NCBI RefSeq assembly: GCF_964355755.1
Contig: NC_092675.1
Coordinates: forward strand, 9,109,812-9,173,811
Direction of reading: 5' to 3'
Length of the DNA: 64,000 nucleotides
Origin: Antedon mediterranea
Taxonomy: Eukaryota; Animalia; Echinodermata
Shown: positions 1 to 14,100 of the stretch, piece by piece
How positions within the stretch are numbered: position 1 is the first letter of the stretch
How the letters are laid out: each line of letters begins with the position of its first letter
Position numbers and translations under genes: made by a program
Notes under the pieces: generated by a model
Databases searched by the model: none
The model's input: the letters and a program-made list of their open reading frames with translations, nothing else
Told to the model about the DNA's origin: nothing

Positions 1-2
1 CC

Positions 3-722
3 TATTCAGTAGATGAACGTCCGAAGAAAACAACACTGTTGACAAAATCAGACCTGTTGCAAAAAATAAAGGTTTCAGAAGATCAAATAAGAAGTAAGAG
101 TGCAATTAGTGAAACCTCGTCAGTAGTAGAATGTCACCAAACATGCAGGCGATCGTTTTCAGCCGATTGGTGTAACAGAGTGGAGACAGAATTACAAAAT
201 GGTAAATGTATTTCAGATAGAAGTCAAACCATGAAATACCAAGAAGGCACTCACCAACGATGGCTTAACAGATCAACTGATTTTAATTGTTCTTATAAAA
301 GTGCTCTTAATAATAAGAGTGGAGTAGGTCTACAGCCTTTTAAGAATGTTACTCGCGTTCCACATGCAGAAACCCATTTGGAAAGTACAGACAAAGGAAA
401 GAAAATATATGTTCAAGAACGTTTAAAAAAATACAGTAATTCAAACATTTTGGAAAAAATATGCCAACAATCAAAATATTGTCAACAAGACCAACTTAAA
501 AGTAAGCAAGAAACATCTGCGAGGAACTCGATGTCATCGCGATATCGACATGCCAGTTGTTCGAGATCAAAGTCAATGCCGACAAGTTTAAGTAAATGTA
601 TCTTAAAAAAGAAAAACGATGACGTTGAAGGTGCCGATTTTTGTGCCGATTATGACCGTGAAATAAATACCTGGACGACATTTGCAATGGTACATATAGA
701 CAGAGAAGACCAGAAGTTTTAA
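3..722 (+). CDS. 3' end (terminal exon) of an unidentified gene; Ser/Lys-rich, probably disordered C-terminus
   Basis: The frame of ORF 39..722 is open back to the window edge (TAT TCA GTA GAT GAA...), giving 240 codons without a stop in AT-rich DNA. No recognisable domain. Confidence 0.55.
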   Translation, partial: YSVDERPKKTTLLTKSDLLQKIKVSEDQIRSKSAISETSSVVECHQTCRRSFSADWCNRVETELQNGKCISDRSQTMKYQEGTHQRWLNRSTDFNCSYKSALNNKSGVGLQPFKNVTRVPHAETHLESTDKGKKIYVQERLKKYSNSNILEKICQQSKYCQQDQLKSKQETSARNSMSSRYRHASCSRSKSMPTSLSKCILKKKNDDVEGADFCADYDREINTWTTFAMVHIDREDQKF

Positions 723-867
723 TGGCCAAGCACTTTGGAAAAAACTATGGAATTTAATTATAGGTGCTCAAAAAAAATCGAAATGGAAGGAGAAGTAGTC
801 GTAAACATAATGTAATTAACAATATAGATACAGTAGATAATACAACAGCACAATAGATATAGATATC

Positions 868-934
868 CTAGATCAGGATTCAACTCTGGACCTTAGCATT
901 GGAAGGCAAGCACTTATAACCACCAACAAGCTAC
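868..934 (-). mobile_element. Possible tRNA-derived SINE head (degenerate)
   Basis: The reverse complement GTAGCTTGTTGGTGGTTATAAGTGCTTGCCTTCCAATGCTAAGGTCCAGAGTTGAATCCTG has A-box-like and B-box-like motifs at tRNA spacing, but no intact cloverleaf. Confidence 0.4.
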
Positions 935-3900
935 AGATCCACTGTGTTTTCTTGAGTGGTTTGTCTCAGATAGTAATTAAAATGGTGGTTTGAAAAATTA
1001 CACATTTATAATGTTTGAATAGTGTTAACATTACGTAGCATGTACGGTGCTGATAGTCCCAGATTCCTAACTTACCATTATAATGTGAATCACTTGACAG
1101 TCTCTCTTTAAAATTAATATTTATGTCTACTTCCATTTAAATGATGTGCATTTCTAAATTCTTCATTAATTTATCGTCATTAATTTCTTTTATATGCTGT
1201 AAAATAACAAATCAATTTCTATAAAACCTTTAGCATATTGCCATTTCCACTACATCAACAGACATGAATATCGTTTGTTTTATAATCTAAACATTCTATG
1301 AATCTGCCGATTTTCAGAAAAAGCATACTAATACAGTGTATTATATTTCCTCTATTCTAAACCTAACTGGCGCTCCGGCGATTTGGATTTCATGCCATCT
1401 AATTAGGCTTTATGTAACTTGTTAGTGATATTAATTAATTTGTGGGGATAGCAATTCAGACCAACAAATATCAATAGACTGCAAAAAGAGTTAAATAACT
1501 GGACTAGAAGATGACAAATAAAAAAGCATATACGCACATTAACTTCTTTGAACCCAGAATAAATGTGACAGCGTTTTGTTTAATTCCGAAATGAATAAAA
1601 TTTAAAAAAATTAATTAATTAATTAATTTGCAATATATAAATTAACAAAACTAAACCAGGTTGTTTTGAAAATCAACCAGTGATTGCTTCTTTTAAATTT
1701 CTTTGTTCCGGGCCCGGGAATCATTTTTTGGCTATGGCTATATTATTATATTTATATTAGTTTCATTAAATATCAAAAGAATAATAAAAACGTTATTTTA
1801 TCCAAGCCGATTTCTACATTTTATCAAACTACTAATGATTGATTTTAATATTGCCATAGAAACGACCTCTCTCGGTCGTGCTTTAATTACTTTTGGCGTT
1901 TACATAATAGTGATAAAATCTCAAAAGAAAGTGATTTTGTTCAACTCTAAATCCTTGAGTATCCAATGAATTAGTTACAGTTCGCTAAATTTGTGTCATT
2001 TAAATTTATTTTCTTTTTTTGCAATGATTAAGATTCAACTATTGAGAGGATCAGGCAGCCTATACGAGTAATAGGCTACTCGTTTCCTCCTTATTTCACT
2101 TAAGGTCAGGTAAGAATCATACTTTAACTCAGATCAAGTAGTCTTAATTAGTACTTGTGAGAGGCTCTAACGATGTCTAATTTACAGTTCATTATGTTTT
2201 GGTAATTTCACATTAAATATAATAATAATAATTAATACTGCGTTCGCGTCGAGGGCATCTTCTCTTCTCTCATTATTGTGTGCCACTCGGGGAGAGAGAT
2301 GCGAATCTACCATTCTTTAAAACACTTTTGATTTTAATAACCTAAACATTCTTAACCCCCGCCTTCTTCTAAGCATGGAGGTATAACAGGAAACATACAA
2401 GGCCTAAGAACTTACAAGCTCACTGCTTCTTTCTCAAATCGCCGACATTATATGCTTCCATAATTACACTAGTCCTATGAGAATAGCACATGAAAAAGGT
2501 TATTTGATTAATAGTATTAAAATACACGAAGAATCATTGTTTTTTAAATAATTCATATTCATCGATTTTTGTAATTGGTTAATCGTTATTTGCTTTACCG
2601 CTATATCGGCTTAAATAACTACAGTTGACAGTAATACAGAATGGTAACAATGCTGGTCGTTTAATTTGGTTAGATCATTACAAATAGGCCACGCGAATAT
2701 AAATATTGGTTTCATAAGCCAATAAGTGACCAGATGTCACTTGTTGGATCACGATTGGATCACTGGTAAATTTTTAGATTAGATTACTATAAAATCTGTA
2801 CAAGTAGGCCTAGTATGATCCAGTTTTGAGTCCAGGCAATTCAATTATGAGTTTGACCTACCAAATTGTAATAGGCCTAATCATAATAAAGTTGATAATG
2901 GTCAATTAATGACTTTGAAGGTGGCGCCCCAATAAAAAAAAAAGAATAAAAAAAATAGAAGAGCATCTTATAATAATTCTCAGGTTTGGGTATAAACACA
3001 GTCAGCATTACTTTCATTTTCTATCTGAATGTAGGCTATACATTGTGTTCTCAGCTACTGACAATGAATACAATATAGGCCTAAGGTTCTCCGTATAACA
3101 AAACGCCTGTTAAACCCTTTAAACAGATTGTAGCTTTCTAAAATGTTGCAAGAAAACGAAAAAAAGAAAGAGACAACTGAAAATGTCAATAGTCAGACAC
3201 TTCTTGGTCAAGCAGTGTCACGTGCTGAAAGACGTAACTACAATAGGACACTCCAAGTGTCTAAAGTGACTATAGATGGATATTTCATGTAACATCTTTG
3301 TGAATTCTTTGTCAGGGCCACCAGAGGTCACATCCAGAGGTTCAGAATACCAAAAACAATATGTACAAGGGTATGTACTTTCCAAACACCATCCGTCTTT
3401 GGAACAATTTTTATCAGTAATGTTGAAATAAATTGGAAATCTGAAATTATTTTAAACATAACATAACATATGTTTAAACACATACAATTTAAGGAAAGCC
3501 GGATGTGACCAACCCATATGCACAATGAAGAAACAACATCGTAATGATACAACAATTGTATTGTTGTAATTGATCATGAGGTTACATTTTTTATATACAT
3601 TTTTTCGTTTGTTTTCTTGTCCGTCAGCAGGATAACGCCAAAACTATCTGTACCAAATCCGATTGATCTTGTTTACTATTCATTCTGTACCTCTATTAAA
3701 AAAAATCATCGATATAAATGACTGTCCCGTGACTTTTAAGATTTAAATCCAACAATGTAATGTGCATGTCATGCAGAAAAACAAAAACACAATAGAACAA
3801 TAACACATTCATTTTAAAGATATTGAATTTTATCAAAATTATATAAAGTACAAACTAATTAAGTATAATAGATATTCAGTAAATGCATACAAAACGTCAT

Positions 3901-4289
3901 TTTACCTTTCAACTTACTTTTCAGAAATTTTGATAAATCGAGGTAAAATTAAGTTATAAAAGCATTAATGATATAACTATAATAAAATTCGACTATCACT
4001 CAAATTATATAGAAATGTTGCTTTTTAAAGATTCTATTTCATAAGTACTGTAATATCAGTTTAAAATGTTTTAAATACAAATTGATTTCAGCAATCAAGC
4101 AGAATTAGGAATTAAGACAGCTTCAAACTCAACTATACATAATTTATTTCATTTAGCCCACTAGTGAATCTAATCACAGTTCTATTAGGTGGAGTAAAAT
4201 CTACTGCTAGTACTATTAGTGGGGAACCTAATGTAATTCCGTGAGATTCACATTGATTAGAAATCCCAGAGAGGTCCTATTTACATTAT

Positions 4290-4700
4290 TCCTGCACCAA
4301 CAGAGTTTGTTGGTACTCTTTTTGATATTCGTCGCTGCAGAACTGAATCTTCTTTTCAATATATCCCACGTGTTACCATAATTTGGAATAACTTACCCGG
4401 TGAAATTTGCAACTTAAATATTTCTGTTAGTTCTTTTAAAACCAAATTACTAAATTATCTCAATATTTATTTTTAAAATAATTTTGATATTGAAAATGTG
4501 TGTAGTTGGACGCTTTCTTGTAGATGCTTTAATTGTAGAACGTAATTTATTTATTTTTTTTTTATTTTTTTTTTTCTGTGCTCTGTTCTGGGTTGACCAA
4601 CTAGAATAGGTGTTTAGCAACTGTTTGGTCTTTCCGTGCCTCCTTTTATAATTGTTTTGTCTTTGTATGTATATGGCAGAAATTGAATAAATAAATAAAT
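4290..4700 (+). mobile_element. Degraded 3' end of a CR1/L2-group LINE
   Basis: Remnant reading ...PRVTIIWNNLP... (typical C-terminal WNxLP motif), followed by a 3'UTR-like segment ending in (AATA)n at ~4686-4699. Confidence 0.4.
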
Positions 4701-4910
4701 GTTCGGCCGAATGTGACCTTTTCACTCCATGGACAAATGAATAAATGTGTTATTTTATCTATGCTCACTCTAGTCAACACTTGTGATGAAACCCTGATGT
4801 GTGCCAACCCTGCAGTTTTGTGTCTTGAGAGTGGAGTTATTTATATGAGGAAAAAACACCCCCACCCCCCTATCCCTCAAATAAATTCTCCCTTCACCAA
4901 TAGAACATCA

Positions 4911-5055
4911 TTTGGAATAAACACCCCCACCCCCTCAAATAAACACCCCCACCCCTCAAATAAACACCCCCACCCCCTCAAATAAACACCCCCACCCCCT
5001 CAAATAACACCCCCACCCCCTCAAATAAACACCCCCACCCCTCAAATAAACATCA
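4911..5055. repeat. 21-bp minisatellite (AAATAAACACCCCCACCCCCTC-like)
   Basis: About 6 tandem copies just downstream of the MYDGF stop codon. Confidence 0.9.
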
Positions 5056-5143
5056 CACCACATGCAAATACAATATTGTATTATACCACATTCTATTTAT
5101 ATACAATTGACAATGCATTTTTGGTGAATAGACTATGACATCT

Positions 5144-8100
5144 TCAGAGTTCTGATTTGGGATTGTGTGCCAGAATTGTTACGCGTGTTAACTGTGACCG
5201 AAACATGTCTGCAGCATGGTAAACTGAAAGATAACAAAAATAATAATAGCAATAATTGAGAATGTCATGTCTTTAGTAAACGTATTATCCAAATATGAAA
5301 TAAAAATAAATCAAGGCCATATATTTAGTAATTTGAATTTATTAAGTACACATTGAGAACATAACAAAAAGCTGAAACAGGTATCACCAATGGGGTACCA
5401 AAAAGCTAGAAAAAATGATTTACTTAATAGATTATGGTAAAGATCATTCAAGTCTTTTAGTTTAATATACTTTATACTGTAGTAAATTCATGCTAGGCTA
5501 GCATTTTTCATTGGATTTTCTTGTCACATTTTGCACTCACCCACAGAACAAATATTTCTTTTAAATAAGCAAAAAATAATGGAGATGACAATGATATACT
5601 GTACTGTCAACATACATGATTTAAAGCTCCTTTATAGTTTCCAAAAATAATTTAAGATACTAAGATATTAATTCTTATAAATACCCACTGTTGTAAACAT
5701 AGTATATAAAAAATATTCAAGAAATTAATGACCAGATGCTTAATAACTAAAAAAACACATTTTTTAAATTTTGTTATTATTGGTCATAATAGAAAATCTT
5801 GGTGTTCATTGAGATCTTGCCTAGCTTATCATTAATCATTTTATTTTTGCAAATATTAAATTACTTTTTAAAAACTTCTTTCAAGTAACACTATTTTTAA
5901 CAAAATGAAAATAATGAGTAGTGTTACTGTAATATATTCATTTCAATGTTGATCCCTATCATGATTTACCAACATAATAAATTGAATACCTTCTTGCAAA
6001 TACAGTACTACTTTTTTATTCAAATTTCAGTGCACTATATTCCTGAAATAAAATCAGTCTCTGCAATGCACTCTATTCGTGAAATAAAATCAGTCTCTGC
6101 AATGCACTCTATTCGTGAAATAAAATCAGTCTCTGCAATTCACTCTATTCCTGAAATCAAATTAGTCTCTGCAATGCACTCTACTACTGAAATCAAATTA
6201 GTCTCTGCAATGCACTCTACTACTGAAATCAAATCAGTCTCTGCAATGCACTCTACTACTGAAATCAAATTAGTCTCTGCAATGCACTCTACTACAGAAA
6301 TCAAATTAGTCTCTGCAATGCACTCTATTCCTGAAATAAAATTAGTCTCTGCAATGCACTCTACTACTGAAATCAAACCAGTCTCTGCATTGCACTCTAC
6401 TACTGAAATCAAATTAGTCTTTGCAATGCACTCTACTACTGAAATCAAATCAGTCTCTGCAATGCACTCTACTACTGAAATCAAATTAGTCTCTGCAATG
6501 CACTCTACTACTGAAATCAAATCAGTCTCTGCAATGCACTCTACTACTTAATTCAAATTAGTCTCTGCAATGTACTCTACTACTGAAATCAAATTAGCCT
6601 CTGCAATGCACTCTATTCCTTATATCAAATTAGTCTCTGAAATGCACTCTACTACTGAAATCAAATTAGTCTCTGCAATGCACTCTACTACTGGAATCAA
6701 ATTAGTCTCTGCAACGCACTCTACTACTGAAATCAAATTAGTCTTTGCAATGCACTCTATTACTGAAATCAAATTAGTCTTTGCAATGCACTCTACTACT
6801 GAAATCAAATTAGTCTCTGCAACGCACTCTACTACTGAAATCAAATTAGTCTCTGCAATGCACTCTACTACTTAAATCAAATTAGTCTTTGCAATGCACT
6901 CTATTACTGAAATCAAATCAGTCTCTGCAATGCACTCTACTACTGAAATCAAATTAGTCTCTGCAATGCACTCTACTACTAAAATCAAATTAGTCTCTGC
7001 AATGCACTCTACTACTAAAATCAAATTAGTCTCTGCAATGCACTCTACTCATTAAATCAAATCAGTCTGCAATGCACTCTACTCCTGAAATCAAATCAGT
7101 CTCTGCAATGCACTCTACTACTGAAATCAAATCAGTCTCTGCAATGCACTCTACTACTGAAATCAAATTAGTCTCTGCAATGCACTCTACCCCTGAAATC
7201 AAATTAGTCTCTGCAATGCACTCTACTACCGAAATCAAATTGGTCTCTGCAATGCACTCTATTACTAAAATAAAATTAGTCTCTGCAATGCACTCTACTA
7301 CTTAATTCAAATTAGTCTCTGCAATGTACTCTACTACTGAAATCAAATTAGCCTCTGCAATGCACTCTATTCCTTATATCAAATTAGTCTCTGAAATGCA
7401 CTCTACTACTGAAATCAAATTAGTCTCTGCAATGCACTCTACTACTGGAATCAAATTAGTCTCTGCAACGCACTCTACTACTGAAATCAAATTAGTCTTT
7501 GCAATGCACTCTATTACTGAAATCAAATTAGTCTTTGCAATGCACTCTATTACTGAAATCAAATCAGTCTCTGCAATGCACTCTACTACTGAAATCAAAT
7601 TAGTCTCTGCAATGCACTCTACTACTAAAATCAAATTAGTCTCTGCAATGCACTCTACTACTAAAATCAAAATAGTCTCTGCAATGCACTCTACTCATTA
7701 AATCAAATCAGTCTGCAATGCACTCTACTCCTGAAATCAAATCAGTCTCTGCAATGCACTCTACTACTGAAATCAAATCAGTCTCTGCAATGCACTCTAC
7801 TACAGAAATCAAATTAGTCTCTGCAATGCACTCTATTCCTGAAATAAAATTAGTCTCTGCAATGCACTCTACTACTGAAATCAAACCAGTCTCTGCATTG
7901 CACTCTACTACTGAAATCAAATTAGTCTTTGCAATGCACTCTACTACTGAAATCAAATCAGTCTCTGCAATGCACTCTACTACTGAAATCAAATTAGTCT
8001 CTGCAATGCACTCTATTCCTGAAATCAAATCAGTCTCTGCAATGCACTCTACCCCTGAAATCAAATTAGTCTCTGCAATGCACTCTACTACTGAAATCAA

Positions 8101-11100
8101 ATCAGTCTGCAATGCACTCTACTACTAAAATCAAATTAGTCTGCAATGCACTCTACTACTAAAATCAAATTAGTCTCTGCAATGCACTCTACCCCTGAAA
8201 TCAAATTAGTCTCTGCAATGCACTCTACTACTGAAATCAAATCAGTCTCTGCAATGCACTCTACTACTGAAATCAAATTAGTCTGCAATGCACTCTACTC
8301 TTGGAATTATTAGTACCATTGTACTTCATTGCATTATTTGTATAACATCCAAAAACGATTAAAAGAAATGTATGTTATGTTTTTGTAGCACAAATATATT
8401 ATGTCAACCTAGTTTGTTATATTCTCTTAAAACTGAATTAATAAGAAAATAATATGTAGTAGAAGAATGGTGTTTCAGACAGGACAAAAATGACATTGTG
8501 AATTATGATATTATTTAGGCATGTTATCTACCTTGATTTTTCGTTTCATCCACTACATATTCTTCACTTCGTAATTGTGCTCCTGAATCTCCCTGAAAAC
8601 ATAACAACATTATATGTCACAATTAGACAATAGGAGGAATTAATCCTGAGATAACATCCCATCTGCTCTACATTTAGTTCTACTAGCACTCTTTTATGTT
8701 TCCCGATATCTCACTCACAGTGCTACGGGCAATCAGTGGTGGACAATTTTTGTTGGTAGCCACATTCAAGAGGAGCACCTGAAGCAGCTTTTATCTGTGT
8801 TCCGTCAAGGAAATTTATCAGGGGGAAAAAATCTACCATTTCAAAGGATGCGCGATGTTTCTAAAAGTTACCTGTGTCAGCAATGAAGCTTTAAATTGTT
8901 CTTAAAGTGTAATTTTTCTAATTTGTCCGAGTACTTTTTATCACTATCAGGGAAGAGTGTGCTTTTATTATACTTCCTCATCCCATGCGAATTAGTATAA
9001 CCACACATTTAGGCAGAAAAAGAAAAGGGGTTACTGCTAGTTTATGGTAAATTCCTTTAATTAACAAAAAAAAAAAACCAGAGTGCATTCTAAGTGGGAT
9101 GGATTCAATATAGGTTAGTGGGGATATATTCTAAGCAGATGCCATCTTAGTAGTGTAGTAGTAGTAGCCTAGCTAGGAGGAGGTAAATGGACTCGAATTT
9201 AGGGATTTTGAAAAACCTTATTTTTGTGACATTAACCATAACATACCATAACTTCTACTTCTGCTATAGATGCTCCTACAACAGCTAATTTGAATTGTTG
9301 AAAAAATAAGTAAGAGCGACCATCAGGTCTCTCAACACTACATACATAACCTTCTTGCTCTTTAGAAATTTGGAAAAGCCATTTCTGGAAAGCAATAATA
9401 CAGTGAATACATTATCAGTATTTTATACGAGGACAAAATATTATATCAAAGAATAACTTCGCCAGTGTATCATAGCAACAAAACTATTCAAATTCTATCT
9501 TACTGTTACACATTTACATTTGTATAGAAAAATATACAATACAGAACTGTTCTGTTCAGTTTGAGTTTTCACTGTAAAAGGTACTAGATAAATGTCAAAT
9601 TTATATTAATTTTGTGAATCTTCCTCTCAATGCACAAAATGGTACTCAATATACAGTACTGTACTTTACTTATATTAGGTATCACAATGAAAAAATTTAA
9701 ATTATTATTATAAAACCAATTCTAAGCCGGGCTTAACTGAATATGCTTTAATTAAAGGCCTATAAGGCCAACAATAAATGGGTCAAAATAAACTCATTTA
9801 AAATTAATGTTAATTAAAAAATTAATTGTTTAAATATAATAACATTATAAAATTGTTTCACATTTTCAACTGCACGCACAATATTAGATTGAAATATGGG
9901 TTGAGGTTTAGGCCAAATTAGTAACCGCATAATTGATCACCAGTGACTTCTGTCAAAGCATTTCGGTCACAGTGAATGACTTTCAACCGCCGTATTACAG
10001 AGTCAAATTATGTTGGTAAACTTGCATGATAAATCAAGTGGTTAAATTGACGTCTAAAACAGATATTCTACAACGGGAAATGGCGTTCAAATCTCCGACT
10101 GCTGTTGTCACACATATCTCGAGATGAACTCGAGCGTGAAAACACTACAACCAACGTGAGCGTATTTTACAATAACATTTTATTCAGTACAATATTTACC
10201 GGACTATAATGGTTGAATCTATAAAATAACTAATAAAAACTTTGTGCACCATTTTATACACAAGATGTTTGTGGGTTATGTTTTATTTATCAAATTTTTT
10301 TCCACAATAAATCAACAAAAGACAATTTTAATTAAATCAAATTGAAGCTCATTTAAAACCCAATAATTAACATACAAAAGAAATTACTCCGCTAGCTCTG
10401 ATGGCCATAGAGCAGTCATGTTTTGAAAACAGCCTATGGTGTTTTCCTAAAATTCGCCGGTTTGTGATCTGGAAAAATTTTAAGGTAATGTTTTTCGCTG
10501 GAAATACTTCGTCAATTTTAATAAATAACACATCTAATAAGTGAACAATAAAAAACATTCTTCTAATATATTTAATTTTTATTACATATACAATCAAAAT
10601 TAGTGTAGTAATTTTAACATCATAGTCATATCACTTTTTAGAATTTCACAATGCGCATTCATTGGGATACCTACTTATATGTTGGGTTCAAAATACCAAG
10701 TGCTAATCTATTTCACTCATTAAAAAGTGCAGAAAACTAATTGGAAATAGCTTACCTCATTTGTACCTCCCTGTGCAGCATATGTAAAAATGCATCCAAA
10801 TGTACCCTAAAATGCAAAAGAAATAGAGGCATGAATTTTTTATATTCCCAACAATAAGCATCATGATTATTAGGAAATGTTCTAAAACAAATTCTCCCTC
10901 ACAGTTGCACTAGGCCTAAGAAAACAAAAAGGAAGGTCGAATGAGAAAAATCAATTACTGTAAAATGTTCTTAAAAGATTGGCCTACATTACTAAATGAT
11001 AACAAAAAATTAGAAAAACGTTTTTGAATGGCTAAAATCCAACGGAAAAAATGATAGTGTTGAAGCAGTGCCTATGCTTTTATTTGATTTATTAGGGACA

Positions 11101-14100
11101 CTCGCAAATATACATTATAACAAGACACACAATAATTAAAGAATCAAAAGGGAAATCAATTAAAACAATAAAATTAATTAAATTGGGCATCTCAGAGAGA
11201 AAAGACAGGAGATAGGAAGCAATTAAACAAGATTAGAAAAGGAAGAGAATTTAAACACGTTTGAGCATTGAAGCTAGAAGACTGAAAAGTTTTAAAGTAA
11301 GTCTGGGTATAAGGAGATCACTGTTTAGTGATCTGCCGTGTGGCCATGCGGCCATTAGATGTGATCTCAGCAAGTAATTGAGAGATAGATTGAGGAGCAA
11401 GATTATGGAGAGCTTTAAAAGTAAGACAGCCAAGTTGATATCGATATCTGTTATGAAGAGGAAGGGTATTAGCAATGGTGAAGTGAAAAGAAGTTAAATG
11501 AGTAGTAGGAGGAAGATGGAGAAGGATATGAATAGATTGTTGGATTCTTTTTTTTGGTAGAAGTAGGGTTTACAGACTCAGACAGAGCAACAGACAAGTT
11601 TGAAGACAAAATAAATATAAAAGGTGTGTTATTTTGTAGTAGTTATTCCTTCACTGAAAGTATTTTAGCCATTTCGTAGCTTAATATTCATAACATCAGA
11701 CAGATATTTATATTTAAAAAATATATGCATTATAATAGGCCTAAATGTATGTATAGTAACATGCTTACAGTATGTTATGTTGTATGTCAGGGGCGCAGCC
11801 AGCAAAATGATAAAAGGGGGGTCAACCAATATGTGAGTATTTTGCGAGCGAAGCGAGCAACCATAAGCTGGGGCCAGGGGCCCCTTCGGTCCCCCGGTCG
11901 GGGTCCGGTCGAAGCCCACTGGAAGCATTGGCGGTCTAGGGCAATCTAGATCATTTGAATTGGTTTACGCACACACAAATATAACAATGTTAACACTAAT
12001 AAACTGCAACAAAGAAAACAAAACACAACTCTTATTTTCATTACAGAACATTTTTATATTCCTTCAAGGCTGCCAGAGATAGCCTACAAACACTTTTTTT
12101 CTTTCTTCTTTGTTGATTTAGGTAGAGAGGCTCTAAACTCAATAGGAGGAATTATTTGGATTCCTCCCTTTTCACCAATACAAAAGTTGCATGAAATGAA
12201 CGTAGAGATGCAAAAGTTTGAAAAAAGAAATTAGAATGAAAGCATGGAGTGATATCAGGACCCCCGTGACCCCCCCCCCCCCCACTACCACTACTGGCTC
12301 CTGCGCCCCTGTATGTTATGCATTAGGTTTACTTTAAAGAGAGGCAAGTATAAGTACTGTAGGTTATTGAGTTTAAACTTAATTAACTTTGTTCATTTGT
12401 CAAATTGTTCCAATTTCTTAATCATAAAGGAATTACAAATTTTTAAGTAACTTGTCCTCTGAAAATAAGGTTGTCGCTCAATGTTATTTTTGTTTTGTCA
12501 TGGCATTTGTTGTCATCGATCAATCGTTATTATAAAAAATATATACAGTATTATGTTACAAAATCATTATCATTAATAAATTAACTACCAAAATAACCTA
12601 AACGTTATTCATAGACAACAAAATCTAAAAGTAAAAATAATGCATGAACTACAGAAATACGCTATACAAAATAAACGCGTGCGCCCTCAGCGTGCGAATT
12701 CTTTGACACAAAAATGTCTTCTAATCTTCAAAGCTGTAACTTTTTATATATGGCTCTGATAAATGCGAAGTTGGCAGTCAATGAGATGTTATAAGCTGAA
12801 TGCTAAAGGGCGTACTCTAGAGTGCAAAGTAATTCCAACAGGAGGGGGAAACAACAAGATGGTGGTCGTAAATGTTTTCAAAACAGAGAGATGTTATAAG
12901 CCGAAAGCTATAGGGCGTACGCCAGACTGAAAAGTGATTCCAACAGGAGGGGGAACCAACAAATGTTCAAAAACATTAAGAAATATACAAAATAATAATC
13001 TAATATACTGTAATACATTAAGACCACATAAATTACACATTCTTGTTAAAGCACAGTTTTTTTTTTGAAGTTTTTATAAAAATAAATATATTGTTAATCG
13101 CAATGGAATAAATAATTTCTTGGTAATCTAGTTTTTTTGTTTTTTTGTATACGAGGATCATATAGAATGCGTTCATGTTTATAGCTTAACACATTGACTG
13201 CCAAGGCATTTTCCGTAATTTCTGTCCCAGTGCCAAGTCCCGTTTACATATTAAATTACAGTTTGAAAGTGTAACATCTGGTCACAGACTATCATGATGT
13301 CATTCAAAATATTTTTAGATTATCGTTTACGTACATCATTCATAAACTGCCATGCGATAATTCCTGTTCCAATCACCACTGCCAGCGATTCTACATACAA
13401 TACAAAAGTGCTACGATTTTGACGTAGTATTACGTCTTGGCAAGTAGCGACACGCAATTTTTGACGTATAAATACGCCGTGGCAGTGAACGTGTTATCAC
13501 GCTGCATTACGTATCGTTCTCACGCAGATAGGCTCAACACACAGGCGCAGTAGTAGTGGGTACTGCATACTGCGTAGGCCATATCTGATTGGTTGATTGC
13601 AGCCGCTATCTTGTTGGTTCCCTCTCCATGAAAAATCACTTTTTGAACTGCGAAAACAGCACTGGAGTTTGCAATCTATAGCCTTCGTCTATAAAATCTT
13701 TGGTTAATGTACATATTAATTAATTTATACGCAGTTGCTACGTCTACGTCTATATTCAGACCCTTTATTTTATTTTTAACCTGAAAAAAAAACATTCATT
13801 TAGGGAAATTGTGAGAAAAGGCGATGGAGAATATCGGCTATATATATTCAGCCCAACCAATGTTAAGACTATCAGGCCCAATGATTAAGGACTAGGCCTA
13901 TATCGGGACGAACACCTAAAGGCTGGTTTCCTGTCGACGTAAGAAGTCGAATTTTGCAACGATTCTTGCGTTTCATACTTTTCTTACGTCTCTTACGAAA
14001 GTTGAGAAAAAATTGACGTCGTTGACGTTAGTCAAGATCGTATCGGGCCGCAAAGAAACATCTGTAGTTATGCTGCTCCCGAAAGTTGAAATTTTGGCTG

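Noticed and set aside
5946-8128. Repetitive ORFs (SAMHSTTEIKLV / ISVVECIAETNL)
   Set aside because: By-products of a 36-bp intronic minisatellite open on both strands and broken by stops and frameshifts.
8871-8905. EQFKASLLTQ as a candidate MYDGF exon
   Set aside because: Upstream in-frame stop, and the true exon (9384-9247) fits homology and phase.
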